From assembly GCA_020847495.1 (NCBI GenBank), contig JADLCA010000463.1, positions 1-49,796 of the forward strand: a stretch of 49,796 nucleotides of DNA, in the 5' to 3' direction. The stretch comes from Candidatus Hydrogenedentota bacterium (GTDB lineage: Bacteria; Hydrogenedentota; Hydrogenedentia; Hydrogenedentales; SLHB01). Numbering within the stretch: position 1 is the first letter of the stretch; the number at the start of each line of letters is the position of its first letter. This document shows positions 9,126-17,549 of the stretch, piece after piece. The notes beneath the pieces are model-generated. The model ran no database searches. It was not told the origin of the DNA and worked only from the letters and a program-made list of their open reading frames with translations. Both the position numbers and the translations under genes were made by a program.

Positions 9126-9936
9126 CGAGCGCGATAAAATCCGGCTGCGTCGACTTAAAGGCCAGAAGCCGCCGTACACCGATGATCCGATCTTGCAGAA
9201 GTACCGCTTCTGCAATGTGCGACGAGAAGATGACCGGGTAACGCGCTGGATCGCGCATAACTGGCGCAACACTCACATCGACGAGCCTTCTGTGTGGCAT
9301 GCGATGCTGATCGCCCGGTACATCAACTGGCCCGCCACGCTGGGAGAGTGCGGCTACCCAGAGCCGTGGGCTGAACGGCGCAAAGAGTTCGCCAAGCGGT
9401 TGTCCAGATGGGATACGATGGGGCAACAGGTTTTCACCGGCGCGTACATCGTCAGCACCAACGGTGCCAAGATCGGGAAGGTCGAACACGTATTGCAACT
9501 TTTCCAGCGGGCACACATCGCACTGGAAGGCGTTATGCCAGCAGTCCGCACTTGCGACGAAGCCTATAAAGCCCTGCGCACGGTGGACGGCATCGGTAGC
9601 TTTATGGCCGCTCAAATCGTAGCGGACGTGAAGTACACAGACCTTTTAACCGAGGCGCCGGACTGGCATACTTTTGTAGCCCCCGGCCCCGGCAGCATGC
9701 GCGGACTCAACCGAGTTCTGGAGTACGATCTGCAGACCAAGTGGAACTTTGCCGAGTTCGCATCTACCATGCGCTATCTGAAGAAGACTACCGCGCGCAT
9801 GGTACGATGGGCCGAGTCACTGCATCTGCAAGATCTGCAGAACTGTTTGTGCGAGTTCGATAAATATGAGCGGGTATTGCACGGTCAAGGCAAGCCCCGC
9901 TCACAGTACCGCCCGTCCCTTGACCCCTTGCCATAG
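9064..9936 (+). CDS. aGPT-Pplase-like (alpha-glutamyl/putrescinyl-thymine pyrophosphorylase / AADT) DNA base hypermodification protein
   Basis: GGAGGAA RBS, then GTG at 9064. An alternative start lies at 9046. The motif PPYTDDPILQKYRFCNVRREDDRVTRW is what I recall for this family. Gene context supports the call. Confidence 0.55.
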   Translation: MTTVYPHTDSRPLERFAYWISERDKIRLRRLKGQKPPYTDDPILQKYRFCNVRREDDRVTRWIAHNWRNTHIDEPSVWHAMLIARYINWPATLGECGYPEPWAERRKEFAKRLSRWDTMGQQVFTGAYIVSTNGAKIGKVEHVLQLFQRAHIALEGVMPAVRTCDEAYKALRTVDGIGSFMAAQIVADVKYTDLLTEAPDWHTFVAPGPGSMRGLNRVLEYDLQTKWNFAEFASTMRYLKKTTARMVRWAESLHLQDLQNCLCEFDKYERVLHGQGKPRSQYRPSLDPLP

Positions 9937-9944
9937 GAGTACTC

Positions 9945-10931
9945 GTGCTGAACATTACCGGTCGTAACGTCAACGAGGTCTTCGCCTCGGCGCTGGTGCA
10001 TTTTCGCAATAACCCTGCTCTGCTCGAATCACGTCCGCGCGGGGAGCGTCGCCTGCAATACCAGTACCCGATCGCGAGCCACTATCTGCGCCCGCGAGAA
10101 CGGGTGCTGTTCCACTCAGTTCGGGACGCCAACCCCTTCTTCCACTTCATGGAAGCCCTGTGGATCATCGCTGGTCGTAGCGATGTGCAGTGGCTCAGCC
10201 AATGGTTGCCTTCGATCGCGGACTATAGCGATGACGGCCGCTACTTTCACGGCGCTTACGGCATGCGGTTACGTCGGGACAATCAACTCACCGACGTCAT
10301 TCGCCGTCTGACCAATGAGCCAGACACTACGCGGGCGGTGTTGCAGATCTACGACCACATGGAAGACAAGAACTATCGGGGCAAGGACATGCCCTGCAAC
10401 TGCATGGTCTTCCTCGGGCTTCAAGACAACCAACTGAATCTGACGGTGGCCAACCGCAGCAACGACATGATCTGGGGGGCGTACGGAGCCAACGTTGTTC
10501 AGTTCAGCATGTTGCAGGAGTACATCGCCAGCGTAATCGATGTGGATGTAGGCTGGTATGTGCAGTTCAGCAACAACGCGCACATCTACCCAGACAAAGA
10601 GGCTACTCAGCGGGTACTCAACCACACTGCCCACGTACTGGACACTGATCTGTACGCAGAAGACATAGTCCAGCCGTACCCGCTGATGAAGGACGTAGGG
10701 TTCAACGAGTGGCATCGCGACCTGGACTACTTCCTGCGCGACTCGCCTGGACCGTACAAGACACCGTTCTTCGCGACGGTAGCCTTGCCCATGCAGGCCG
10801 CGCACCAACTCTACCGTAAACGCGAACTCAACGCCGCGATCGATGCGTGCAACATGATCGAAGCTACCGATTGGCGGATTGCCTGCCGCCACTGGTTGAT
10901 GCGCCGCTTGACCCCGAAGGCGTCGGTATGA
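9945..10931 (+). CDS. thymidylate-synthase superfamily enzyme, candidate dUMP hydroxymethylase
   Basis: FFHFMEALWIIAGRSD, AYGMRLR, catalytic-Cys region GKDMPCNCMVF, ANRSNDMIWGAYGANVVQF, NNAHIY. It is divergent from canonical ThyA. Confidence 0.7.
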   Translation: MLNITGRNVNEVFASALVHFRNNPALLESRPRGERRLQYQYPIASHYLRPRERVLFHSVRDANPFFHFMEALWIIAGRSDVQWLSQWLPSIADYSDDGRYFHGAYGMRLRRDNQLTDVIRRLTNEPDTTRAVLQIYDHMEDKNYRGKDMPCNCMVFLGLQDNQLNLTVANRSNDMIWGAYGANVVQFSMLQEYIASVIDVDVGWYVQFSNNAHIYPDKEATQRVLNHTAHVLDTDLYAEDIVQPYPLMKDVGFNEWHRDLDYFLRDSPGPYKTPFFATVALPMQAAHQLYRKRELNAAIDACNMIEATDWRIACRHWLMRRLTPKASV

Positions 10932-11464
10932 AAACCGATGCGCTCGGCGTTGTACTGGCCAGCGGAAACGTGCTGCGTTGTCATACCATGCCCTGTCTGC
11001 ACCGCCAGACGATCGGGCAGCATACGTGGCGAGCGATGATCATCCTGCACTGGCTGTTCCACCCGGCCTACCCGCCACCGCAAGTCTCGTATGCCATGTT
11101 GATGCACGATGTACCTGAGATCCACACCGGCGATGTACCGGGCGGTATCAAAGCAGACCACGCGGGCTTGTCCGTCGCTCTGGATGAACTAGAACAAGAC
11201 TTTCTACAATCCATGGGCATCCCGGTGCCGATGTTGCCCCCATTAGAAGAGAGGCTAGTCAAGGTGTGCGACCGTGCCGATCTGACCCTTTACACCCTGG
11301 ACGAGTACGAAATGGGTAACGTGCATATGGAGACAATCGCACGGCGAGCGTACCAGATGACTACTCGTCTGATCAACGACAGCGCCGAGTTACGCATCCA
11401 TTGGCCGCGCGTCGTAGACTTGGCGGCTGCACTTGATCACCGCATAGGGGTGCTTCGTGGCTAA
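10928..11464 (+). CDS. HD-domain phosphohydrolase (YfbR-like 5'-deoxynucleotidase)
   Basis: ATGA overlap with the upstream gene. Contains QHTW...MLMHDVPEIHTGDVPGGIK (H...HD...D metal ligands). Confidence 0.75.
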   Translation: MKTDALGVVLASGNVLRCHTMPCLHRQTIGQHTWRAMIILHWLFHPAYPPPQVSYAMLMHDVPEIHTGDVPGGIKADHAGLSVALDELEQDFLQSMGIPVPMLPPLEERLVKVCDRADLTLYTLDEYEMGNVHMETIARRAYQMTTRLINDSAELRIHWPRVVDLAAALDHRIGVLRG

Positions 11465-11633
11465 ACTCGTGATTTTGACCGTAGAACTAGACGAAGCCAA
11501 GGCCGTGCGCGCGTTCTTGGAACGTCAACCGTTGCCTCGTGAAATTACCGGCGAGGTCAAGCGTATCTTGGCATTCAACGCCAAGCTGTTCAAAGCCATC
11601 CAACACAGCGAAGGAGTCAAGCGTCGTGTCTAA
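11457..11633 (+). CDS. hypothetical protein (58 aa)
   Basis: The GTG at 11457 overlaps the upstream stop. Product is VAKLVILTVELDEAKAVRAF.... It fills an otherwise empty gap and is below the ORF-track cut-off. Confidence 0.35.
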   Translation: MAKLVILTVELDEAKAVRAFLERQPLPREITGEVKRILAFNAKLFKAIQHSEGVKRRV

Positions 11634-12147
11634 CGCCAATGCTACCCAAGTCGGCGGGTCTCACTACAAGGCTCATGGTGACAGCGACCTGCAACACTGG
11701 GACATCGTCCACAAGTTCAAGCTGGACTACTTCCAGGGGCAAATCACTCGGTACGTCTTCCGCTGGCGGGACAAGAACGGTTTGGAGGACTTGCACAAAG
11801 CTGCGCATTTCCTCCAGAAATACATCGAGCTGAATACACCGTCGCAAGAAGACATTCAGGCGCAACTCGAACTCTTGCCCCGCCTTCTGGGCGACTCGGA
11901 CCCGGTCAAGACGTACCATGTCGGCGAAGTTCTGGCGACCGGTTGGGCGCAATTTCTGTTCGAGGGCACTGACGCATACGGCACGCTATACACCTGTCGC
12001 ACCTGTAAGCAGAAGTTTCTCGCGCCGCCCGACCAAAACCCGCACGACTATCACGGTTGCCATGACATCCCCAATCAATGCTACCGGGGCATGGCGGCTG
12101 CTGCGCCAGAAGGGGATGCGACTCCGGCGTACGTAAAGCAGGAATGA
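11626..12147 (+). CDS. DUF3310 family protein
   Basis: AAGGAG RBS at 11611, then GTG at 11626. Contains GGSHYK...HWDIV...YFQGQITRYVFRWRDKNGLEDLHKAAHFLQKYIE. Confidence 0.7.
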   Translation: MSNANATQVGGSHYKAHGDSDLQHWDIVHKFKLDYFQGQITRYVFRWRDKNGLEDLHKAAHFLQKYIELNTPSQEDIQAQLELLPRLLGDSDPVKTYHVGEVLATGWAQFLFEGTDAYGTLYTCRTCKQKFLAPPDQNPHDYHGCHDIPNQCYRGMAAAAPEGDATPAYVKQE

Positions 12148-12258
12148 GAACGTTCAAGTTGTTGTTTTTGCCTGGAGTTGCATTTTAACGGGCTAGGGTG
12201 TAGCGTATGGGGTAGCGGCGCGCGTAGTGCGGGCCGCATAACCCTATAAGGAGCTTGT

Positions 12259-12543
12259 GTGTTCATTGCTATTGCGTTGGATGTAATCGCCACCCCGATG
12301 GTCGTCGAGATGGCCGCTACCCCGGAGGCGCTGCTGGAAGGACTGCGTGCGTGGTGCGTCGACGAGAAAGGCGAGCCGCTGGAACAGGTGGGTCCGGTAT
12401 TCGAGAAGCAACTGCTGGATGCCTGCCACGCCGGCTTCAACAGCTTCGGTGACCTCGCATCCAGGGGGTTCCCAGTCGTCAAGCTGCCGGGAGGCGGCGA
12501 GACCATTACCATCGTGGTGCAACGCTACGACGAGGAGGCCTAG
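12259..12543 (+). CDS. hypothetical protein (94 aa)
   Basis: An AAGGAG RBS lies upstream. The composition looks coding. Confidence 0.5.
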   Translation: MFIAIALDVIATPMVVEMAATPEALLEGLRAWCVDEKGEPLEQVGPVFEKQLLDACHAGFNSFGDLASRGFPVVKLPGGGETITIVVQRYDEEA

Positions 12544-12544
12544 C

Positions 12545-12763
12545 ATGTGGGCGGTCCGCTGCGAAGTATGGGGCGGCGTCACCGGGCACCGGCAAAGCCT
12601 GCTGCGTCAAGGTGATCAAGTCCTCGTGTTCCGAACCGAAAAAGCCGCGCAAGCCCAAGCGGATAAGTGCAAGCAAGCGGTGCGCAGTGCGTACGCCACC
12701 GCGCAATTCTGGTACGAACCTGTGCAACTCCCCCTTACTCAAGGAGAACAACCATGCAAGTGA
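12545..12763 (+). CDS. hypothetical protein (72 aa)
   Basis: The ATG at 12545 lies 2 nt after the upstream stop. It overlaps the next gene by 10 nt. Confidence 0.45.
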   Translation: MWAVRCEVWGGVTGHRQSLLRQGDQVLVFRTEKAAQAQADKCKQAVRSAYATAQFWYEPVQLPLTQGEQPCK

Positions 12764-13611
12764 CTACTTCCGCTGTCAGCCACAAGATGGCCCCGCGCGA
12801 ACCGCTGACCATCGCGCAACTCAAGGACCGTGCGCCGAGCGTGTTCGCTACGCGCGCCGCCAGCAAGATGTCGGAGAACTACACCTTCGTGTCCAGTCTC
12901 CAGGCGATGGACATCATGACGAAGGTCGGCCTCGTGCCGGTGGACGCCAGCCAGCGGCGTTCCAAGAGCGACCCCACTGCCGCCCGTCATCTCGTCCGGC
13001 TCGCATTCAAGAGCGACATCGAGAAGGCTAAAGCCCGCAAGGTCGGTGAGACCATCCCCGAAGTCGTGTTGGTCAACAGCCACAACGGCCGCTCCGCGTT
13101 CAAGCTGTACTACGGCCTGTTCCGTTTCGTCTGTGCCAACGGCCTGATCGTCAGCGACCACGAGATCGGAGCCACGCGCCGGCACATCGGGAGCGCCGAA
13201 GCCATCCTGGACGAAGTCGAAAACTTGCTGGAGCAGGGAGAATCCGTCATCAAGCGGGTGCAGCGCATGCAACACACGATGTTAACGGAGGCCCAGCGGC
13301 TGAAGTTCGCCCAGCGGGCGCTGGAGTTGCGCTACCTGACCAAGGATCAGGAACTCGATACGGCCAAGCTTCCGACCATCCAGCCTGCGCAGTTGCTCGT
13401 ACCGCGCCGGCCCGAAGACATCGGCCTGGACCTCTGGCACACGTACAACGTCGTGCAGGAGAACATGGTGGTCGGTGGTCTAACCGGCAAGTCGTCGAAC
13501 GGGCGGGCCACGCACACGCGGCAACTGCGTGACGTGCGCAAGCTGGTCGCGGTCAACACCGGGTTGTGGGATCTCGCGTCCGGCCTGATCCGCGTGAAGG
13601 AGGCCGCATGA
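12754..13611 (+). CDS. DUF932 family protein
   Basis: AAGGAG RBS, then ATG at 12754. Contains LKDRAPSVFA...SENYTFVSS...RHLVRL...PEVVLVNSHNGRSAFKLYYGLFRFVCANGLIV. Confidence 0.8.
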   Translation: MQVTTSAVSHKMAPREPLTIAQLKDRAPSVFATRAASKMSENYTFVSSLQAMDIMTKVGLVPVDASQRRSKSDPTAARHLVRLAFKSDIEKAKARKVGETIPEVVLVNSHNGRSAFKLYYGLFRFVCANGLIVSDHEIGATRRHIGSAEAILDEVENLLEQGESVIKRVQRMQHTMLTEAQRLKFAQRALELRYLTKDQELDTAKLPTIQPAQLLVPRRPEDIGLDLWHTYNVVQENMVVGGLTGKSSNGRATHTRQLRDVRKLVAVNTGLWDLASGLIRVKEAA

Positions 13612-13844
13612 AGATGCAGATCTTCGGCAGCATGCCCGAACGCAATATCCGCGTGCTAGGCGGCGGGTACGACGTCAAGACCGGGAGGGCCGTCCTGATC
13701 ATCCAGGACGAAGACAACCGGGCGGGCCTCGTTACCTTCGATGTCACAGAGGCTCGCGAAGCGGCAGGCACGCTTACCCGTGATCTACCCTCCGTGGTAG
13801 CGGTCGAACCCTCGAGAACGAACGGGGGCGGCGGGGGCTTGTAA
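13608..13844 (+). CDS. hypothetical protein (78 aa)
   Basis: ATGA overlap with the DUF932 gene. Confidence 0.45.
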   Translation: MKMQIFGSMPERNIRVLGGGYDVKTGRAVLIIQDEDNRAGLVTFDVTEAREAAGTLTRDLPSVVAVEPSRTNGGGGGL

Positions 13845-13866
13845 GACCCTGCCGCTTGCGGTACAC

Positions 13867-13901
13867 TATACGGCACGGGCTGTAGTGGCTCGTGCCGTAT
13901 A
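13867..13901 (+). promoter_or_regulatory. perfect 11-bp inverted repeat (hairpin or operator) in an intergenic gap
   Basis: tatacggcacg, 13-nt spacer, cgtgccgtata. No T-tract follows. It lies directly upstream of the RBS of gene 13920. Confidence 0.4.
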
Positions 13902-13919
13902 ACCCACCAAGGAGCTCAC

Positions 13920-14525
13920 GTGAAGAAGCGCAAACCTGTTCCACCCCCGCCGGCGGAGGATGACCCGCTAGACCCTACGCCGTCCAGTGACATGCCGGGG
14001 GCGTACATCGGCACGTACAAGGGCGTTCAACGCCGTGCGGCCCTCGCCTACAAACGCGATGACCGCCACGTCTGGACAGTTATGTTCGGAGACGGCGGCA
14101 CCCGTACCCTCGTCAAATGGGGCGTAGAAAGTTTCGACGCCAACATGTGGCATGCGCCCATGCCGATCGGAGTGCGCGGGAAGTATTACCCACTGCGTCG
14201 CGCGATCAACGTCTTCTTCCGCCCGCATGCCGTGTATGCGGAGGGCGCGTACCGCGTACTGTCCCGGATGGATCGTGGCCTGGACCCGACCGTCGAAGAC
14301 ACCTTGGAAGAATTACTGGATCCGACTCCGTCCACCGTGCGTCCACGCATGCGGCGTACCGAGACGCAGAAAGCGATCCGGCGCAATAATCGTCGCGCCA
14401 AGCTCGCGGCGATGAGCCCCGACCAGCTTCGCGCATGGCGGGACAAGCGCAACGCCAGCCGCCGCGCCAAGCGGTTCGCGGTTAGACAAGCTCGGGCCAA
14501 AGCCAAGAAAGGAGGCAAGCAGTGA
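13920..14525 (+). CDS. hypothetical protein with a highly basic C-terminus
   Basis: AAGGAG RBS, then GTG at 13920. The C-terminal region is RRNNRRAKLAA...RRAKRFAVRQARAKAKKGGKQ. Confidence 0.55.
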   Translation: MKKRKPVPPPPAEDDPLDPTPSSDMPGAYIGTYKGVQRRAALAYKRDDRHVWTVMFGDGGTRTLVKWGVESFDANMWHAPMPIGVRGKYYPLRRAINVFFRPHAVYAEGAYRVLSRMDRGLDPTVEDTLEELLDPTPSTVRPRMRRTETQKAIRRNNRRAKLAAMSPDQLRAWRDKRNASRRAKRFAVRQARAKAKKGGKQ

Positions 14526-14761
14526 GATACCCGGTGGTAAGCGAGAGCAAGCGGCCGTACCGGCTGTGGGATGCCAACGCGAAGTGCGCCCTGCGTTGGC
14601 GGTATTACTCAAACCCCAAGCGGGCGCACATGGGCGCGTTGATCGAAGCGCGTTGGGCGAAAGTGGGCACCGTAGTGGAAGTCTACAACGCCGAGAATGG
14701 CCGCTTGTTGGGGCAGTACCGGCGGACCGCGACAACGATCGAGTTCACTCAAGGAGATTGA
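14522..14761 (+). CDS. hypothetical protein (79 aa)
   Basis: GTGA overlap with the upstream gene. Confidence 0.45.
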   Translation: MRYPVVSESKRPYRLWDANAKCALRWRYYSNPKRAHMGALIEARWAKVGTVVEVYNAENGRLLGQYRRTATTIEFTQGD

Positions 14762-14763
14762 TC

Positions 14764-15117
14764 ATGGCGAAGTATTCAAAAGCACGCGTGCAGCAAGCAA
14801 TCGACGCTTCAGTTAAAAAGTGGCTTGATATTGCCACCGGGCATGGGGTGGATAAAGGCGCGGAGAATTGCCCGCTTTGCGCGTTGTTCTTCCACCGCGG
14901 TGAGGGCTGCGAAGGGTGTCCTGTCCAGAAAAAGACTAATAAAAAGGGCTGTCGGGGTACGCCCTATTACGATTTCACCGATGCCTACTATACGGAGTTC
15001 GCAGACTTGGTTGGTACTTTTCATCGCACGTACTTGGACCCGATGGCTGTCATCGGCCCGCAAAGCCAGCAGGCAGCGTTGGACGAAGCCTTGTTCCTCA
15101 GCAGACTCAAACCGTAA
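14764..15117 (+). CDS. hypothetical Cys-rich protein (117 aa)
   Basis: The ATG at 14764 lies 3 nt after the upstream stop. CPLC...CEGC...C suggests a metal-binding site. Confidence 0.5.
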   Translation: MAKYSKARVQQAIDASVKKWLDIATGHGVDKGAENCPLCALFFHRGEGCEGCPVQKKTNKKGCRGTPYYDFTDAYYTEFADLVGTFHRTYLDPMAVIGPQSQQAALDEALFLSRLKP

Positions 15118-15132
15118 CCCAAGGAGAACAGC

Positions 15133-15348
15133 GTGTCTAAGAAGTGGACCCCCACGCAACGCCAGAAATTTCGCAAGACGATGGCTGCCAAGCGGGCTAA
15201 CAAGAGGACGACCGCGGTCATCCCCCTGGACGCCATTCCGGAGCGCCGCGCGCAACCCGCGCCGCGCCCACTGGTGCCCTCCGACAAACACGCTCGTCTC
15301 GCGCTGGCGATGGCACTGGTGAGCACGGTGCGGGAGTTAATCAAGTGA
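15133..15348 (+). CDS. hypothetical basic protein (71 aa)
   Basis: An AAGGAG RBS lies upstream. GTG start. Confidence 0.45.
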   Translation: MSKKWTPTQRQKFRKTMAAKRANKRTTAVIPLDAIPERRAQPAPRPLVPSDKHARLALAMALVSTVRELIK

Positions 15349-15632
15349 ACGCTCTGCGAGAAATACTCGGGTTTACCCCCGAAAGTGTGCGAGATGCAAT
15401 CGCGTACCGGGAACAGTACGCAGATCTTGGCTACGCGCAACTGCCGGCGATTACCCATGCGTTCCAGCACAGTTTCTTTGGCTGGGAAGCATACGGCGCG
15501 GTGCCGATACTATTGCGTTACCTCAACAACACGCCGGCTTGTGCGCCCCGAGAAATCATACCTACGAACGACGATCATTGCGATACCCTGCTGGCGTTCC
15601 TGTTGCTGTGGTTGGAGGAAGAAGATGTCTAA
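15345..15632 (+). CDS. hypothetical protein (95 aa)
   Basis: 4-nt overlap with the upstream gene. Confidence 0.45.
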   Translation: MNALREILGFTPESVRDAIAYREQYADLGYAQLPAITHAFQHSFFGWEAYGAVPILLRYLNNTPACAPREIIPTNDDHCDTLLAFLLLWLEEEDV

Positions 15633-15900
15633 GACTCGCCACCTGGACCGGGCGATCAGCATACTGCGCGGATCAACGCCTCCACGTAGCAGCGCCAACA
15701 TGCGCGCCACCTATGAACAGGCGTTGCGTGCCGAAGGCTGGCAGCTTCGGGACCACAGTGGCTACTGTAGTGAGTGGTTCCGGGGCAACAATCGCATGAT
15801 CGTTTACAACGGAGACAAGGTTGCAATCTCGTTTGGCCGGGATATCCGCTGGCATTTTCTCAACGCCACTGCCCGCCAACGGCTGCTCCTACCCTCATAG
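15625..15900 (+). CDS. hypothetical protein (91 aa)
   Basis: ATG at 15625 preceded by GGAGGAAGAAG. It overlaps the upstream gene by 8 nt. Confidence 0.45.
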   Translation: MSKTRHLDRAISILRGSTPPRSSANMRATYEQALRAEGWQLRDHSGYCSEWFRGNNRMIVYNGDKVAISFGRDIRWHFLNATARQRLLLPS

Positions 15901-16061
15901 CTGTTTGGGTGCTAACATGCTTACACGTAGCCGATGCGTTCCTTGGGCGCCAGCCCAATCTCCACGTAGCCGCGCGTCGCGTATCATCGGTAACGCGCCG
16001 GAAGACAGTACCCGCCACTACCTGCGGAGCCAACCCGCAGAACCTGTCAAGTTGGCCCGCG

Positions 16062-16086
16062 CCCCTCAGCCCTCGTGGCTGAGGGG
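16062..16086 (+). terminator. 10-bp GC-rich hairpin in the 15901-16163 gap (possible terminator or attenuator)
   Basis: cccctcagcc, ctcgt loop, ggctgagggg. A T-run (ggttttcg) lies about 10 nt downstream, so it is not a textbook terminator. Confidence 0.35.
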
Positions 16087-16163
16087 GTCGCGGTTACGGT
16101 TTTCGAGCGTAGTCGTAGTGACTGCGCTATCCTGCCGCAAGGCATCCACGTAAGGAGACCGCA

Positions 16164-16883
16164 ATGGAAGATTTCAACAAGGAACGTGTCCTCGCCCGCA
16201 TCAAGAAGATGTTGGCCTTGGCCAACGATGCCGCTGCTGCTGAGGGCGAGCGCGAGAATGCGTTGCGCATGGCGCATGCCACCCTCGCGAAGTACAACTT
16301 GTCAATGGCGCAGGTGGAGGCCACCGGCGGCACCAGCGAAAACCGGGTACTAGGCCAGTTCGAACTGCGTGAGTATGCCTGGATGCGCAGCGTAGCCCAC
16401 GCGGTAGGCGAACTGTTTTTCTGCATCATGTTCTATCAGCGGGTGCAAGTCAAGCACGCCCGTTACGTCTTCATCGGCAAAGAATCCAACGCCCACACCG
16501 CCGTAGAGATGACCCGCTTTATTCTGAGCAACATTGACCAAGAAGGCATGCGCCAAGCTCGTAACATTCCTGGCGAATCGCCGCGGGGCACCTACTGGCG
16601 GAGCTTCTGCAAGGGCGCGGCGGCACGCATCTACCAGCGGTGCCAGGAATTGATCAACGCGGCGCAGACCCAAACGTCAGAGCAGGCTACGCCGGGAACC
16701 GCACTGGTACTGGCTTCGGTGTACCAGTCAGAACGCCAAGCCAACGAGCTGATGCTGCGCAATCAAGGCGTACAGTTGCGCACGCGAACCTCCCGGCAGC
16801 AACGCCCTACCGTGGATGGGTACACGGCTGGAAGAGCCTATGGCGACCGTGTGCAGTTGCACCGCCAGATCAAGGAGAATTAA
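16164..16883 (+). CDS. DUF2786 domain protein
   Basis: AAGGAG RBS. N-terminal RIKKMLALANDAAAAEGERENALRMAHATLAKYNL is the typical DUF2786 signature. Confidence 0.7.
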   Translation: MEDFNKERVLARIKKMLALANDAAAAEGERENALRMAHATLAKYNLSMAQVEATGGTSENRVLGQFELREYAWMRSVAHAVGELFFCIMFYQRVQVKHARYVFIGKESNAHTAVEMTRFILSNIDQEGMRQARNIPGESPRGTYWRSFCKGAAARIYQRCQELINAAQTQTSEQATPGTALVLASVYQSERQANELMLRNQGVQLRTRTSRQQRPTVDGYTAGRAYGDRVQLHRQIKEN

Positions 16884-16885
16884 TC

Positions 16886-17077
16886 GTGTATGATCTCGCC
16901 GAAGAAGCGCGGCTTGCCCGCGTGCGCCTGCTGTTGAAGATGGCTTGCCAAATCGGACATAGCGACGTACGAGCAGGCGACGCCATCGTGGCCAGTGCCG
17001 CGAACATATTGGCCGGCGTGGTGCGCCGTCAAGACCGCAAAGCCCAAGTGATACCTTTTCGACCGCGCACCAAATAA
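16886..17077 (+). CDS. hypothetical protein (63 aa); last gene of the plus-strand arm
   Basis: AAGGAG at 16872, then GTG at 16886. A terminator follows. Confidence 0.4.
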   Translation: MYDLAEEARLARVRLLLKMACQIGHSDVRAGDAIVASAANILAGVVRRQDRKAQVIPFRPRTK

Positions 17078-17096
17078 GTGCGTGAGGTTGCATCAT

Positions 17097-17127
17097 AGCG
17101 CCCGGCACCCGCCGGGCGCTTTGCTTT
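17097..17127 (+). terminator. rho-independent terminator ending the plus-strand arm
   Basis: agcgcccggc, accc loop, gccgggcgct, followed by ttgcttt. Confidence 0.7.
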
Positions 17128-17269
17128 GGGGGCCATGCCGGCATATACCGCTAGGGCCGCGCCAACGGGCCGCTACGGGCCGCGCCGGGGCGGCAAGCTA
17201 GGGGGGTGCGTGGGTTTACGCTGCCACGCGTAGCGGGGCGGCTAAGGCCATTTGCGGGCCAGTGCTACC

Positions 17270-17360
17270 GGGCCGCTGGGGGCCATTGGCGGGCCGCTGG
17301 GGGCCATTGGCGGGCCGCTGGGGGCCATTGGCGGGCCGCTGGGGGCCATTGGCGGGCCGT
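17270..17360. repeat. 21-bp direct tandem repeat, 4 perfect copies plus a partial copy, in the convergent intergenic region
   Basis: gggccgctgggggccattggc at 17270, 17291, 17312 and 17333, with a partial copy at 17354-17360. Degenerate GGGCCGC-containing copies run upstream from about 17154. Confidence 0.9.
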
Positions 17361-17549
17361 AGCGCGCTAGGGTAGCCCGCGCTGCGGATCGGATGGTGGC
17401 CCTTGCCTACCAGTGGTCGATCCGTTTTGCGCCATGCGCCACGCTAATAGTCTCAGTAAAAGTGCCCTAGCCGCTAGGAGACGGCAGGTCACAGAGCGTG
17501 CAGCGCCGGGAGGAGAAACACGGCACGCCTCGTGGCTCTTCGGGCAAAG

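Noticed and set aside
12148-12258. Possible sigma70 promoter (TTGCAT-N17-TAGCGT) upstream of gene 12259.
   Set aside because: The -10 element is weak and there are several equally poor alternatives nearby. The support is not strong enough to list it as a feature.
15774-16153. ORFs of 102 and 110 aa in the 15.9-16.16 kb gap.
   Set aside because: They have no RBS and are rich in Pro/Arg/Ser. They overlap hairpin structures. I treat the region as non-coding, and it is flagged separately as a gap worth checking.
17270-17360. Could the 21-bp array, or the 56-bp array at 49671-49796, be a CRISPR array?
   Set aside because: The repeats are directly abutting, with no unique spacers between copies, and no cas genes are present. 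They are plain tandem repeats.
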